From Paragordius varius (lineage: Eukaryota > Animalia > Nematomorpha): 64,000 nucleotides of DNA. The notes below the pieces were generated by a model that did not search any database, had not been told where the DNA came from, and was given only the letters and a program-made list of their open reading frames with translations. The stretch lies in contig OZ176054.1 in NCBI GenBank assembly GCA_964247055.1, forward strand, positions 10,230,001 to 10,294,000, written 5' to 3'. Made by a program: the position numbers and the translations under genes. Shown here piece after piece: positions 50,201 through 63,003 of the stretch (within the stretch, counting starts at the first letter, position 1; every line of letters begins with the position of its first letter).

Positions 50201-53023
50201 CAGTTTTCTAAGTACATATTTTATATTTATTTTAAAAAATTTTGAGTTTCCCCAATTTATTAGGTTTATAATTTTGTTGAGATATAATTATTTACAAATA
50301 ATCAAATAGAATGACACAAGATTTGTGGTTGAAAACATAGAACCCGGGAATTACTCTATTATGTTACAAACAGCATATGGCAGAGAAAGGGACATATCTC
50401 GTCAAATAGTGACAGATTTTTACTGTAAGTCAATTCGTTTTATAATTATATTCTTTAAATCTTTTAGTTTAAACCATGGGCAATGCAAAACCCTCGGCTG
50501 TTTTCAGGCAGCCCGTGAAAATATCCGAATAATACTAAATAAAAACGATTGTATAATTCTTTAAATTCTATATATTTAATCTTATTGAAAAAAATACTAC
50601 AATAATATCGAATTTCCCTTAATATGTATTAAAATTAGATGATATTATTTTCTTATACATCTATTGTCAGCATTTAAAAAGCTTTTTAGGTGCTTCATCA
50701 AAAATATTATATAATATTTAATTTTAGACGACGGCGAGACACTTACTGGTAAATTTTATAAATTATATGCAAACTTTACTGCGCTTAATAATATTTTGCG
50801 GTTTACGCAACCAAACAATTGAATTCAATCTAAAAATGAACTAAAAAACAGAGTTTAAAAACTCTATTGATATACCATATTATTATTGGTTAAAATTTTT
50901 AAATGGTAATTAACGAATCATAAGCAATATAGGCCTTATTATTTTCGATATGTGGAAAATTTTGATAAATGGTTTAAAAAAGATATATTATTTGTTAAAA
51001 AGCTTAAACTTCAAAATTCGCATCATTGATATGTTTCATTCGGATCTCAAAGTCAACTATGCAGAAAAATGACAAAAATTTTTTAATAGAGGTGGTTGTA
51101 TCGCACAATTACATATAAATAGAGCATGATATGTTTCATCTTCACCCTATACCGCAGTTTAATTTTTGTTAGTTAGTTGAAATTAGATTAAAAAAATATT
51201 TAATTAAAATTATAAAATTAAACATTTTTCATAAGACAATAAATACAATTATGATTTGATCGACCATATTTATGGCCATTAATTCCATATTAAAGTATAC
51301 TTTTTTGTTTTATCTTTGATAAATAAACACACAGAGCTCTTAATCCAAAAACTCACTTAAAATTTGTCAGGTTTTTATATTTTAAATGTTTCACTGTTGG
51401 ATTATCGACGTTATAATTTATCCATATAATTATTAAACCAATCTAACTATGTGTAAAAATCATTCATATCAACAGCTGAGATATTGGGTTTTCTCGCTCT
51501 AAATGCTACTTAACGCTTTATAACCTTAATTATATATAATAATATTCAAAAATAAAAGGTATTTCGATAAAATATTTGTCTCTCTCTATATATATTATAA
51601 ACATTTTAATGGTTTACGGTCTAATTTATATCTCTTAATCCAATTATAATATACCATTTGCACTTCAAGAGTGTCTATGAACACTTCAAGTTGGTCCTTA
51701 AACACTTTAAGTTGATTTTTAAACACTACCAAATTTTTAAGTTTTAATTTAACCATAATTTTTGCATTTATTTTTTATTTTATTATATTTTTTTTAATTT
51801 TTATTATAATCTTTATTCAAAAACCACTTTTTTGTTCTAATGTTTGTCCAATTTAACAAAATTAATAACTTTTAAATATTTTCAATGAAAAATTATAATT
51901 AATAACCCAGAAAACTTACATTATTATTAATTATTTTTAAAATCTCAATGTAATTAAAAAAAAAATTGAGAAATTAATACAGATGTACGATTTTGAATGA
52001 TTAAAAGTATATTGATTTAAAATATCTGTTAAAAATTATAAAATAGATGAATGATACACGACATGATTGATAAAAGTTAAAAAAATAAGTCAAAGGACCA
52101 ACTTGTGGTGTTCAAGAACACTCTTGAAGTGCAAATGGTATAGCTGATCTTAAAATGAAATTTAATGTCAAAACAACATTATTACATTTAAAGTCAATTA
52201 ATTGTGAACTATAATCATATAATTATTTTTCTATGCCAGTATTTTATCCATTTAACGAAAAATCAAGAATTAATTTTTAACGAGTACGAGATGAGGATTA
52301 TTTATATATTAATTTAGATTATTTTTTTAATGATGCGCAAAAACCATCGATTGCATAATTTTGCCCAAATTCAAAAGTGTCTTTTCAGTTATTTAAATTT
52401 CACACTCACTCCGGGGTAGTACCACAAAAGAAGACGTGTTATTAATTATGTTTTAAAGGTGATTTATTGAAAATAACCCAAAAATATTTAGAACCTGCTC
52501 TTTTCATTTGGATTATAAGATAATGTTATCAAAAAGCTTAGTCCAAATTTTCTGAATATCCTAAATAATTGTTTCATAAATTGTATTGGTAATATAGAAA
52601 GCGAAAATATACTTAAGGATGATTATGGTTGTATCAATAAAAATATCTTGCAAGTATGTACAAAATATTTGGAATTGAACCCAACCAACCAATATCACAT
52701 ATTTTTGGAGTCAAAAAGTAAAACTTTATTGGATACGCTTACTGATGTCACTAAGTATTTTTAGTTAAAATATTACAATCATATTTTTTCTTGTAAATAA
52801 ACCGAAAGCGAAAAAGATATCAATAGAAATTAGTCCAAATATACTTATATGTGATGACATAAATTTAGTATAAATATGTTTATCTTAGGATGGTAATTGT
52901 TTCAATATGAATTTGAATGGAATAATTTTTGATGATGATGAATATTTTTTGGTGTATAAACCCAAACCCAACTTTAACAATTTTTATGGGAAATTGGCTT
53001 TCTCGGTTGTTGGATCTATATGA
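33494..53023 (+). CDS. Paralog 2, apparently complete: signal peptide, 2 FN3-like modules, RSKR, acidic micro-exon region, basic region, Gly-rich hydrophobic segment, FN3-like module(s)
   Basis: Exons: 33494-33533 (MILIFLALIFSVK), 34113-34298, 36330-36416, 37061-37117, 37184-37267, 37861-38016, 38726-38752, 40332-40379, 41699-41842, 42068-42088, 42438-42464, 42490-42522, 42777-42803, 46116-46202, 46230-46304, 46559-46606, 46687-46743, 46812-46880, 47053-47115, 47309-47317, 47375-47392, 47425-47448, 47473-47517, 47772-47807, 48004-48027, 48054-48155, 49507-49700, 50310-50424, 50728-50748. Tentative last exons: 52520-52717, 52827-52867, 52889-53023 (TGA). All junctions are GT-AG and phase-compatible. 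The first 18 exons are confirmed by paralogy with gene 1; exons after 46880 have no paralog in the window and the last three are less certain. Confidence 0.85.
39036..39582. mobile_element. TACC-family MITE type B
   Basis: TACCATTAAGAGTGTCCTTGAACAC...TTGAAGTGTAAATGGGA; in gene 2 intron. Confidence 0.8.
42933..43943. mobile_element. Foldback-type element with CACTG...CAGTG termini
   Basis: Inverted arms share ATAACCAGC..TTC and TTGTTGACGAC; related to 62302-63003; in gene 2 intron. Confidence 0.65.
43965..44130 (-). mobile_element. Possible Gypsy/Mag-type integrase C-terminal fragment
   Basis: Minus translation GHLLSYNTKDGNKTHLKHTNQLKK resembles the G..SY.V...G...RH.NQL(K/R) motif at the C-terminus of K02A2.6-like LTR integrases; no LTR seen. 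Confidence 0.35.
45525..45874. mobile_element. TACC-family MITE type A
   Basis: TACCATTTACTG...GAACTGTAAATGGTA; well-preserved inverted 21-bp arrays; in gene 2 intron. Confidence 0.85.
48385..49102. mobile_element. hAT-type non-autonomous element
   Basis: TIR CAGGGATTGGAACCGGAACCG / CGGTTCCGGTTCTAATCCCTG; 8-bp TSD GTATTAAC / GTATTGAC (7/8); in gene 2 intron. Confidence 0.85.
51652..52140. mobile_element. TACC-family MITE type B, opposite orientation to the other copies
   Basis: TACCATTTGCACTTCAAGAGTGTC...ACACTCTTGAAGTGCAAATGGTA near-perfect TIR; internal sequence is the reverse complement of the other copies. Confidence 0.85.
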
Positions 53024-53064
53024 CATATTTGAATGTAATTTGTAATTTGTTATGCATTATAACC

Positions 53065-53070
53065 AATAAA
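53065..53070 (+). terminator. Candidate polyadenylation signal of gene 2
   Basis: AATAAA about 40 nt after the tentative TGA at 53021-53023; weak evidence in DNA this AT-rich. Confidence 0.3.
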
Positions 53071-54522
53071 TGATTTTAACTTTTATACTTATTTATAATT
53101 ATTTTATACTGACAAACTATAGTGTCTATTTAATAACCCCTTGTCTTTAATCTATAATATTAATTCGAAACTGTTTAAATATAATGGCTTAAAATTCAAT
53201 TTTTGCCTATATAATATCACATCAGCTCAATTTTTTTTAAATATTATGCTTTTAACAAACTTCTATTACAAGTCAAATATATTAAATGGATACAATTTTT
53301 TGTATATTATAATATATTATAAACAATATTCCATAGCAATTCAATATCTATATTAAACGTCTTGATTATGTGTGTCGCCAAAGATATACAGTACTTCTAT
53401 ATATTGGCTTAGTTTTCTTAAAATAAAAGCTAAAAAGATTACTCGACCAAATATTTTAAAGCACGCTAATTTACACCACACATTAGTTCTGATAAATTAT
53501 GGAATTTTGAAAAAAATGGGATTCTCATGGTGCTTTTGCGTTTCAAATAAAAATTTAGGTGAAATCGAAAACGCTAACTAATTTTCCTAAACTTGCAAAA
53601 GTGGTAAGATAGCGCGAAATCCGTTTTTATATTGTATGCTGCAGTATTATTTAAATAGTATATTTTTTAAAAAAGTACATTAGGTTTAAAATTCATTTGG
53701 CAAACTTTTAGCGTATTTTATGGTATTTTGAAGCATGTCGGAAACGGTAAAATAACACGTTGAGATATAATAAAAACACTCAAAAAAACAATGGAGTATA
53801 CATTTTTAACATCCGGGTAAGATATGGAAACAATTATATTTAAAAAATATATTAAATTTGCGTTGTATATATATATTTTTTATGTAGATAATATTTGCAT
53901 GTTTTAATCAAGGTAAAACAACGTATGAATCTTTAATACAGAGGTGATACAATACTAGATTTATCTATGAACTAAAGTTACATATAGGTATTCAAATTAT
54001 CTAACTTAATATTATAATATCTTTAAGTATTATTTTAAATGTGACCTAATCATCTAATATAAATGTTTATCAACAAATTATGTAAAAAAGTGGTTTTATA
54101 AAATCTTAAAAAATTTAATACCGTCTCAACCATGTTTTAAAATACTCTAAAATACGCTGAAATAAAATTATGCCTATTTTTATTTTTTAAGTTTGTGTTT
54201 TTTAAATGTTACATTTTTGATATCATCAAAATCTTATCGCATCTCGCTTTTTTTGAATTTAATAAAATAGCCCATTTTAGAGGAGCCAAAAAATTGGTTG
54301 TTTGAGGCCTACATCTAAAAAATATATAAACACTGTTGTGAAAAGTTTGATATCTTTTGATATTTTTAGCATAACAAAATATTTGACTTCATGGATCTTA
54401 ATTCTGCGGTTTTGGCATGAAGCCATTACGACAAAGTAAAACTTTCTGCACCGTACGATCCAACCATGATAATCCCAAGATATTTGTCTACAAGAATGTA
54501 TTATATATTATATCCAATTACA

Positions 54523-55536
54523 CAGTGTATACAAAAAAATATTAGGAAAATATATATATTCCGATAGAAAAATGTAACAGGAATCTGTGATGCTGGTAGT
54601 TTTAAGCTTACGAGTGATATAAAAAAGTTATTTACATTTTTGTGGTAGGTTATCCAAATTTGACCACATTTTTTGTAATAATTTTTTTTTTGATGAAAGC
54701 TAAATGCTTTATTCCAAAAAATATAACTAAATTATATCAAAAAACTACTTAAAAAAAGCAAAACAATATTTTTATAATATTTTAATTTTTAGATGTGGTC
54801 TAGTCCCATTTTTGCTCTTCTTAAACGGGCTAGTTCTTATAAAACGCAAAAATACCGTAGAAAAATTCATTTTTTTGCAAAACTTTGTAGAAGCGAACTT
54901 CATCCTTTTTTTAGGCATGATGAAAATTTTATAAAAACTTTTTTAGATATTGTTAAAACACTTATTCCAAAATTAATGATTTTGAACATTTCTATCACCT
55001 CAAAGTTTTGATTAAAATATACTTTTGCCTTCAAATTCATGCAAAAAATTGTATTTTTATATAAAATTCACCAGAATTTGAAAGACCATTAATTAAAATT
55101 CTAAAGCTTTATAAATGTTCAGCATCATCATATGGAGATATGCATTTTTTATAAAATATTTTTTTGGTGTCCAAATTTAGCATACATTTAAAATTTTATT
55201 GCGAAATTTTGGCATTTTTGCGTTTTTTTAAAGAAACCTAGCCAGTTTTAAAAGAACAAAAAACTTTGAAACTTTCGGCACATAATAAAATTTATATATC
55301 ATAAAAATATTTTTTTGCTTTTTAAAAGTAGCTTATAATGTTTAGTTATATTTTTGGAAAGAAGCATTAAGCTTTCATTGCCATTTTTTATATGGAGCAT
55401 TTAGGACAAAAGTGTAATAACTTTCTTATATCACTCGTAAAGGCAAAACTAAAAGCAAGATGATATGATATATTTTACTATCAAAATATATTTATTTCAT
55501 CCAGATATTTTTCATCACCCCTAATTTTGTACACTG
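54523..55536. mobile_element. About 1-kb non-autonomous TIR element (CAGTG...CACTG ends); partial copies at about 385-1090, 6590-7350, 8637-9110, 10990-11273, 21170-21580 and 63470-63960
   Basis: Ends CAGTGTATACAAAAAAATATTAGG / CCCTAATTTTGTACACTG-TA, long imperfect inverted arms; the motif GAAAGCTAAATGCTT(T/C)ATTCCAAAAA recurs in the other copies. Superfamily (Tc1-like vs CACTA-like) not resolved. Confidence 0.65.
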
Positions 55537-55989
55537 TATATATATATATATTTCATAAGAATATTTTATATACCCTTCGATTTAGTGATCAATGTAATTA
55601 CAGTGTCGAGTGTAATGACGCATTTTTTGATTTTTAATACATTACCAGAAAGTTTTTTGCGATTATGATGTAAGTATTTTATCAGTTTTAGGTGATGATA
55701 TGCAAACAAAAAAATGCAAACCTACTACGTAACTGATTCGTAAATATCATAAAGTGTAACATTTACTAATGTATTTGATACGGCAATGAAAGTATTGGCC
55801 TAAGGTAAAAATACTGGTTATGTTTTTAGTCAAATTCAGCCAAAAATATATATAACACGGTAAAATTATCCGTTAAAATAAATATTGATTTTAGGATCGT
55901 TAATAATTAAAACTAATCGATACCGTGGTATCTATAATTATAAAAAGTCGATTTTCGCGATTGATATCATAATTATTTTTTCTAACAAA

Positions 55990-58900
55990 ATGATCCTTAT
56001 ATACTTGTCCCTGATATTTTCGGTTAAAGGTAATTTTTTTATATAATTGTTTTTTATCAAATAATATATAGTTAACTATAATTTTAACAGTATTGTCAGT
56101 AATTGATGGAAATGATCCATATTTTTAATAATTTTTTTAAAGAGCGTAACACTTTTCCAATGCGTTTGGCTAGGAAACTGAATTTAATATAGCCTGAAAA
56201 ACAAGCTAAACAATTATATATTTTATATTGTAAACTATAATTTAACTGTTATGTCAGTTATCGAGTCTGTGAAAAGTTAAATATCTGAAATAGACTATAA
56301 TTGAAAACACGCCCAAAAAGTGCGATTTAATTAAATATTGTGAATTATTTTTTTCATTTTTGCACTTGCCTACCAATATTAAATTTATACAATATTAAGT
56401 AATTAATAAAGAAGTCTTGTAAAAAGGGTCAATAATTTGGCTCTTTGTAAAAAATGATTTACCATTGCCAAGAAAAATTCATTTTCAAAGTTCTGTATGG
56501 ATTTGAATATAGAACCAGCACAGGCTTTGCAAATCTTTTATAATCCTATATTTGAAGGATAGATTATCAGAGTAAAATGAAATTAAGCGAAAATCATATA
56601 GAAGATTGAAATTAAAATAATATAGGCAAGTAACCAATGATTTGGATACGTAACAAATATTGTTAAGCCATATTTTTAAATATATGATCTAAAGATATTC
56701 ATTATAGTAATATTAATTTATATTTATACATCTTAATTAGAAAGTTTTTCTAGACACTCCATTTAATTTGCAAGCAAGTTGTCAAATAATTAATACATAT
56801 TACACAACGTTTGTTTTATGAAATATATTTTAATATCCTTTAAAAATACTGATGGTAAACCAAAGTGGCACAAAATGTTTTTCTATCATATAATAATAAT
56901 TTATTCTGATTAAAATTTCAGCCAAAAGGTGCTGAAAAATATTTTTTTTGTGATCAAACGCTAAAAATCCATATAGCTTTGTCGGTTGTGGAGCCCACTT
57001 ACTTTCATGATCATTTGATGTACGGCCCTTATAACCAGCAAACATACGTTATTTTGTGGCGAAATTCAAAATATACTGCAAACGAGATTCTTCGCAATAA
57101 ATTGTATTCACGTGTACCCCTGGCGCTAAAAATAGTGCCACTGAAAATTGTCAATGAAAGTATGGAATATATATTTTTGCTATACGCCAAGAAACCCATA
57201 ATTTTTTAAGCGGTAGAGAAAACTCATAATTTGGATTTTATAAAAAGTCAAACCTCCATTTATAAAAACGCTTGTGTAATTTAACTCTTTTACCCCTTTT
57301 GGTTTTAGTATTTTTTTAGGCAAATTAGGGGTGGACCGCTAATGCATTCATAATTGTATTTATCGTGACTGTATCGCTAGAATACTAACAATAAAATCAA
57401 ACATATGTTCATTGCTTGATTTTTAATAATTATAAAACATAAACTTGTATTGCAGTGAAAAATAAAATTATAAAAGGTAAAAACCAAGATAAATATTTTT
57501 TAAACTCCAACAATATATTTTTAAACCTTGATATTATTAAAAATAATTTAATTGATAGTGAAATATATCATTGATTCTGTTACCAATTTGCAAATTAATA
57601 TTTATTTCCCTAAACGAAAGATTATAATTAATATCAAGATTAAAAAAATGTGGCTGTCTTATAAAAATATATGTCTTTTAATTAGGTTTTGCCTTTATAT
57701 TTAATTTTCACTGAAATGGAAAAATTGTTATTTATTTGCCATCACAATGTTTTGAACCCTCCTAAAAACAAATTTTGATAGGGTGATTTTGTTTTTTATG
57801 TCTAATTATATCATATATTGAATTACGGTTGATGTCCATAAATATCTTCTGTTGAAAACAGTCGGACCAGTAATTAATTTTGACCGTCAATGCTACATAC
57901 AAATTTACTATAAATATAAAAAAAAGTTTATAATATATTTTCTCTTAAATTGGTTTATAAAATTGAATTTTTTCTTTTTATGAAACTCATAATTAATCAG
58001 AACTATGATTAAATTTGATCTCATATGGTCAAAAGTCTATTATTAAAGGCAAAAATATATTGTACATATATAAAGTAATGTTTCATATTTTTTGCATGAA
58101 CTCTAGGTGTTTTACCATTTATATTTTTTGTTACCTGATATCATTGTTTTTGATTTATTTTAAAGCGGTCACAATCACGCTGTGAAACATTTATATCCGT
58201 TTGATGTGAACAAAGCTACATTATTTTACATACATTATGTCTAATAACTAAACCGCCTTTTTAAAAAATGATTCAGGATATTATAATATGTGTAACTTTT
58301 CGATTCCAACTAGTCAAACCAATTTCCTAAGCCTTAACTCTACTAAAAGGGATAACAGTTGATATAATTCAATTTTTTCGTAACCAAAAACTATACCTTA
58401 CATTATTTATTACCTTTGCTATAATATATTCATCAGATTATTTACTATCTGCCAAAGACAAGCTTAACATTACGTATACTAAGTAAACATTTGTTACCTT
58501 GTCGTTGTAAATTATGTCATATAAAATTGTACGTATGTATATATGATTACGTATTTCACACTTTTAACGAAAGATAGGCATCCTTTTTCTCCGCTAAAGA
58601 TATTCCAATCTATTTTTATTTGTTAACAGTGTGATAAACATTATTTTGGTGACTATTTGTGTAACCAAAAAAAATATATTTTATCCTAGGGTAATGAACC
58701 TTGAGCTAGACACTGATGGTTAATGAGCCGGCTTAAGTGACACATATCAAAATCTAAAATCTCTTATTGCTTAAGAGTTGAGATAGGAAAATTTCCTGTC
58801 ACCATTTTGGGGCTAAATAACATATAAAACAATTCTACAAATTTTATTTAAGCCTGTGCATTTTTTATATTGCTTAATTAACATATATATAATATAATTA

Positions 58901-61900
58901 TTTATAGCTATCAGATACCAAATTACAGCTTATCTATACCAAAGCAAAAAGGGGTTTAGATCTACGATCGAAAAAACCTACCATAATTTGGAAAGTAATT
59001 TATTTCAATGACAATGTTCATTAAAGTTATTTCCTCTCTTGAATATATAGTTTGCATTTTTCATGTTTTATAAAAAATTAGATAAATCTATATATTTAAA
59101 AAAATGGAAAATTCTGGCTTTGTGTCTGTTTCCGGAAAACCGGTAAACCCATTCAAATCCAAATATAAAAAAATATAATCATTAATGAATGCCCCGACAA
59201 TAGTTTCGCCCTTTTTTTGAATTAGGCCCCCATTTAAAGCCCACCCCGTGTAAAAAACGGGTTTTTTTTGAAAACAGAAGTCCACAAAAATCGTGTCGTT
59301 GAGAAAATTTCCGGAGAACCTGTTGAACCATTCAATTTAATATATAATTTTCGTTTAGTTATTTTCGATTGCGCCGAACATAGTCGTCTCGCTTTTTTAA
59401 TTTAGGCCCTCTTTTTACCCGCTCCCCCCGTAAAATGCGATTTTTTTCAAAAAACAAAGTCCACAAAAATAATTTTTTGAATCTATTTTTCGCCCAAGTA
59501 AACAATATATTAGTATGAATGCACCGTTTTGATATTCTTATGAGATCTTATTTAATAAATAATGTTTCGAAATATTTCACATATCTGGATCATTTTATTG
59601 TCCTTTTTTTCAAATAGCCCCCCTTCCTTGGGCTGCGTAGCAGCACGAGAACGCTAGTTATATATATACATATATTTCTCCCATTTATTACAAATGCTTT
59701 TACATACTACTTATACAATATATAAATTGTATTACCATGAGTAATTGTTACAATTCCTTTATATTGTCGCTGCTTTCGATTCCGTTGTCACACAATTTTT
59801 CCTAAATACTCCGTTTGTGACTTAATGGTTTTGGTTAGAAAAAAATACGGTTCTAGGTTCCAATATGGTTTGTTTTGGTTTTTGAATAATTTTTAAATTA
59901 ACAGAAATTTTGAATATTTGATAGAATGAGAACGAATAGCCGCCAGCGTTATTGGTTTTTTTTTGGTTGCAGTTATATAAACCGGTTAATATCTTAACCC
60001 ATTTATAGTTGTAATATTTTTCGAATCATTATAAATGCAAAATTGAAAAATATGTTTTAATAATGTTGAAAACATTTTCTTAAAAGTTTTTTTGAAGAAA
60101 AATATCGATTTCAGAAAATATGTTATGTTTTTACATATATTTTACCAATAAATTGCATGTACAATCCAATAGATATTAATCAAAACGCCAGAAATGTAAG
60201 AACTATCTGCAAAGCCTTCCTAATTAAAGGTAACACATGGCATAATTCAAAAATTTTTAGCAAAAAAATTTATTAATTTGTATTTTCGAATAGTGAAATC
60301 AGCTTTATGAATTGGGAAAAATATATGGGCATTAAATATATGGTAAATAAGCTAAAAATCTAAAATTTAGGCCGTCAGCTGTTTTTCTAAAATTTAAATT
60401 TTATTTTATAAATCAAAATCGACTTCGCAAATTAATAGACGATAGTAAAATATTTAAGACCTTGTGTTTTAATAAGCTATGACATTTCTAATGTTAAGTG
60501 TCAAAAATGCAAAAATTAGATTTTTCCTGGAATCACAAATCTTTCATCAAATTTCGTATGGGAATTTTAAAATGTGGACCAAGCATCAGTTTTATTTAAA
60601 AAAATGCTTAGTTTTAGCGCAAAATTACTTTTTATAACCAGAACATACACATCTTTGATGAAGAATAAATTGTTTTTTTATCAGGGCTTTGAACTGATTT
60701 AAAAAAATGGAACCGAAACCGGGGTATTGTTAAAATCTTACGAATCAAATTCCGAGACTATGTGGTTCCGTTCGAGCCCTGTTTTTTATCAATTAAATAA
60801 CTTTAAATTTTATTTTTATAAGGCTTATTGCTGCTAGATATTTAAAATTTTATGTTTTGTTCGTTCATCTTAGACCTAACGGGTTATTACATGTTTTTGT
60901 GTGCTGAAAACTAAGCATTTTTAACAAAGATGCATTAGTTTAATTTTTAACATCCAGGAATTTACCTAAATACGAATATATATGAAATATATTACTAATT
61001 TGTTTTATTAAAACAAAAGCTCTTTATTAATGTATTTTAAATCCCTATTTTGTTTGAAGCCATTTTGATTAAAAACAGAGAATCAAAACTATAAACAGGC
61101 CTCTAAATTCAATTTTTGAATTTATTTTCTTTATATGCAACTAACCTCATTTTTTGGATTCTGGAAGCTGGTAACATTATCCAAAAATACAATATATATT
61201 TGACCATAAATATACAACTATTATATATATATATATATATATATAATCAACAGAAAATTTAACAGCTCCTTTAATATCTTACCGGGTGGAACGCAGAAAT
61301 AATACCAAAAACTATGTGTTAAGAATTTACGATCCAAGTACATGATTGAATAATAACTTCTTCCATAAAATTAAAATTTTTATTTTTATTCTTTGAAATA
61401 TTTAGAATACGAGACTATAAACAAAATTCACGCAGGAATCGCAATCACCTCTCTATATCCCAATAATTCAGTATACTTGGTAGGAACTAAAACTAGAAAT
61501 AAACCAAAGACTATTTATCAGGTCTTGATGAAATCAAAAACACATCATCGCTCTAAAAGAGGTATACATCAATATTTTCCTGAATTTTATTATACTTTGA
61601 TCGAAATTTATATTTTATATTTTGGTGATCTTACAGGTAATTTAATTAATACCAATGAAATATCAAATTTTTATTTTGCTTATCTAATCGATTTTAAATA
61701 TAAAAATGTATTTTGGATATTTTATCGGAGATTTTGGTTAATTAATCACATTTAATTGTGTTATAAACTGCACATGTATACTCAATTTGTAAATGGTAAA
61801 ATCGATATGAAAAATTCTGATAAATTCAAATTTCCAGACTACTATATGCATAAAATTTCTTATGGTGCTGCTGGTTAAGCGAGTCATCTAACACTTTAAT

Positions 61901-62230
61901 ACTTTTGAATATTTATATGTATACATTTTGGGGTAAAATAATAGCATACTATAAGGTATGATTGAAATATCGAATAATATAAATAGTATTAAAATTTCCC
62001 ATAATCTCAATAATTATGGAACAATTAAAATTTGTCACTCCGTTTTTATTATGCAAATATTATTTGAATATCATGTGATATTACAGGGAAGATCAATTTT
62101 TTATTTCTTTGACTAAAAGTGCAGCCATCGGTGAAGAATAAATACCATAGTTTTTTACAATCATACAGACATTTAATAATATAATTATTTATATTTAAAA
62201 CAGGAATTTCACGACGACCTTCTCACATAG
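55990..62230 (+). CDS. Paralog 3 (3'-partial, presumably continues past the right edge)
   Basis: Exons 55990-56029 (MILIYLSLIFSVK), 56977-57159, 58908-58994, 60173-60229, 61254-61337, 61406-61561 (ends HHRSKR), 62204-62230 (GISRRPSHI). Same phases as gene 2. The 156-nt exon is 44/51 aa identical to gene 2 by manual count. Confidence 0.88.
59087..59657 (+). mobile_element. Non-autonomous Helitron
   Basis: A|TCTATATAT 5' end; GCTGC-GTA-GCAGC hairpin (59632-59644) 9 nt before CTAG|T 3' end; inserted between A and T without TSD; internal direct duplication of about 180 bp; in gene 3 intron. Confidence 0.75.
60682..60781. mobile_element. 100-bp hAT-type MITE
   Basis: CAGGGCT...AGCCCTG termini, GAACC subterminal motifs, perfect 8-bp TSD TTTTTTAT. 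Confidence 0.8.
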
Positions 62231-62301
62231 GTATAAATTTATTATTTATGCTTAATTATAATATTTTAAAATTCGGTAAGTTATATATATATATATATAT
62301 A

Positions 62302-63003
62302 CACTGTATGAAAAAAAGAGGGTTAATTATTTAACAAAAAATTTTTTTTATGAGATAGCTTATGACCAGCGAATTCCTTTTCCGCAATTTTTATTTGTTG
62401 ACGACCCTTTTGAAATATTGAAAGAAAATCGAAATCGGGCAAAAAGTGAAAATTAATGATATGAGATATTATGGTTTAATATCATTTTATGAGACATTTT
62501 CAATATATAAATAACCTAAAATCATATAGTTAGGGTTTCTATAAAATTTCAGCTCAAAAGATAGTTTTTTTTACTGAATAAAATATGAATGTTAAGATTT
62601 TAATAGTGAGTGTAGCTAGTAAATAATTATAAAAAATATTAATATAGTTTTTTAAAAAAAATTGTCTTTTAAATGTGTTAAAACGCCATCTGTTGAGCAC
62701 ATATTATATAGAAACCCTAATTATATGATAGGCTATCTATATATTGAAAATATCTCCTTAAATTATAATAAACCATAATATCTCAACTTTTCATCATTTT
62801 TTGAATTATCCTTAATTTTCACTTTTTGCCCGATTTCGATTTTCTCTCAATATTTCAAAAATTAGGTTGAAAACAAATAAAAATTTTCACTGCAAATGAA
62901 TAGTCTGGTCATAAGCTACCTCATGAAAAAAAATTATTTGGTTAAAAATTTTTTGCTATCAGATTATATGTATTTCAACGAGTTATATTTTGTGGACACT
63001 GTG
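62302..63003. mobile_element. Foldback-type element with about 260-300-bp inverted arms
   Basis: TA-CACTG start; arms 62302-62560 and 62690-63003 are reverse complements (e.g. GAAAATCGAAATCGGGCAAAAA vs TTTTTGCCCGATTTCGATTTTC); ends CTGTG-TA. Confidence 0.75.
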
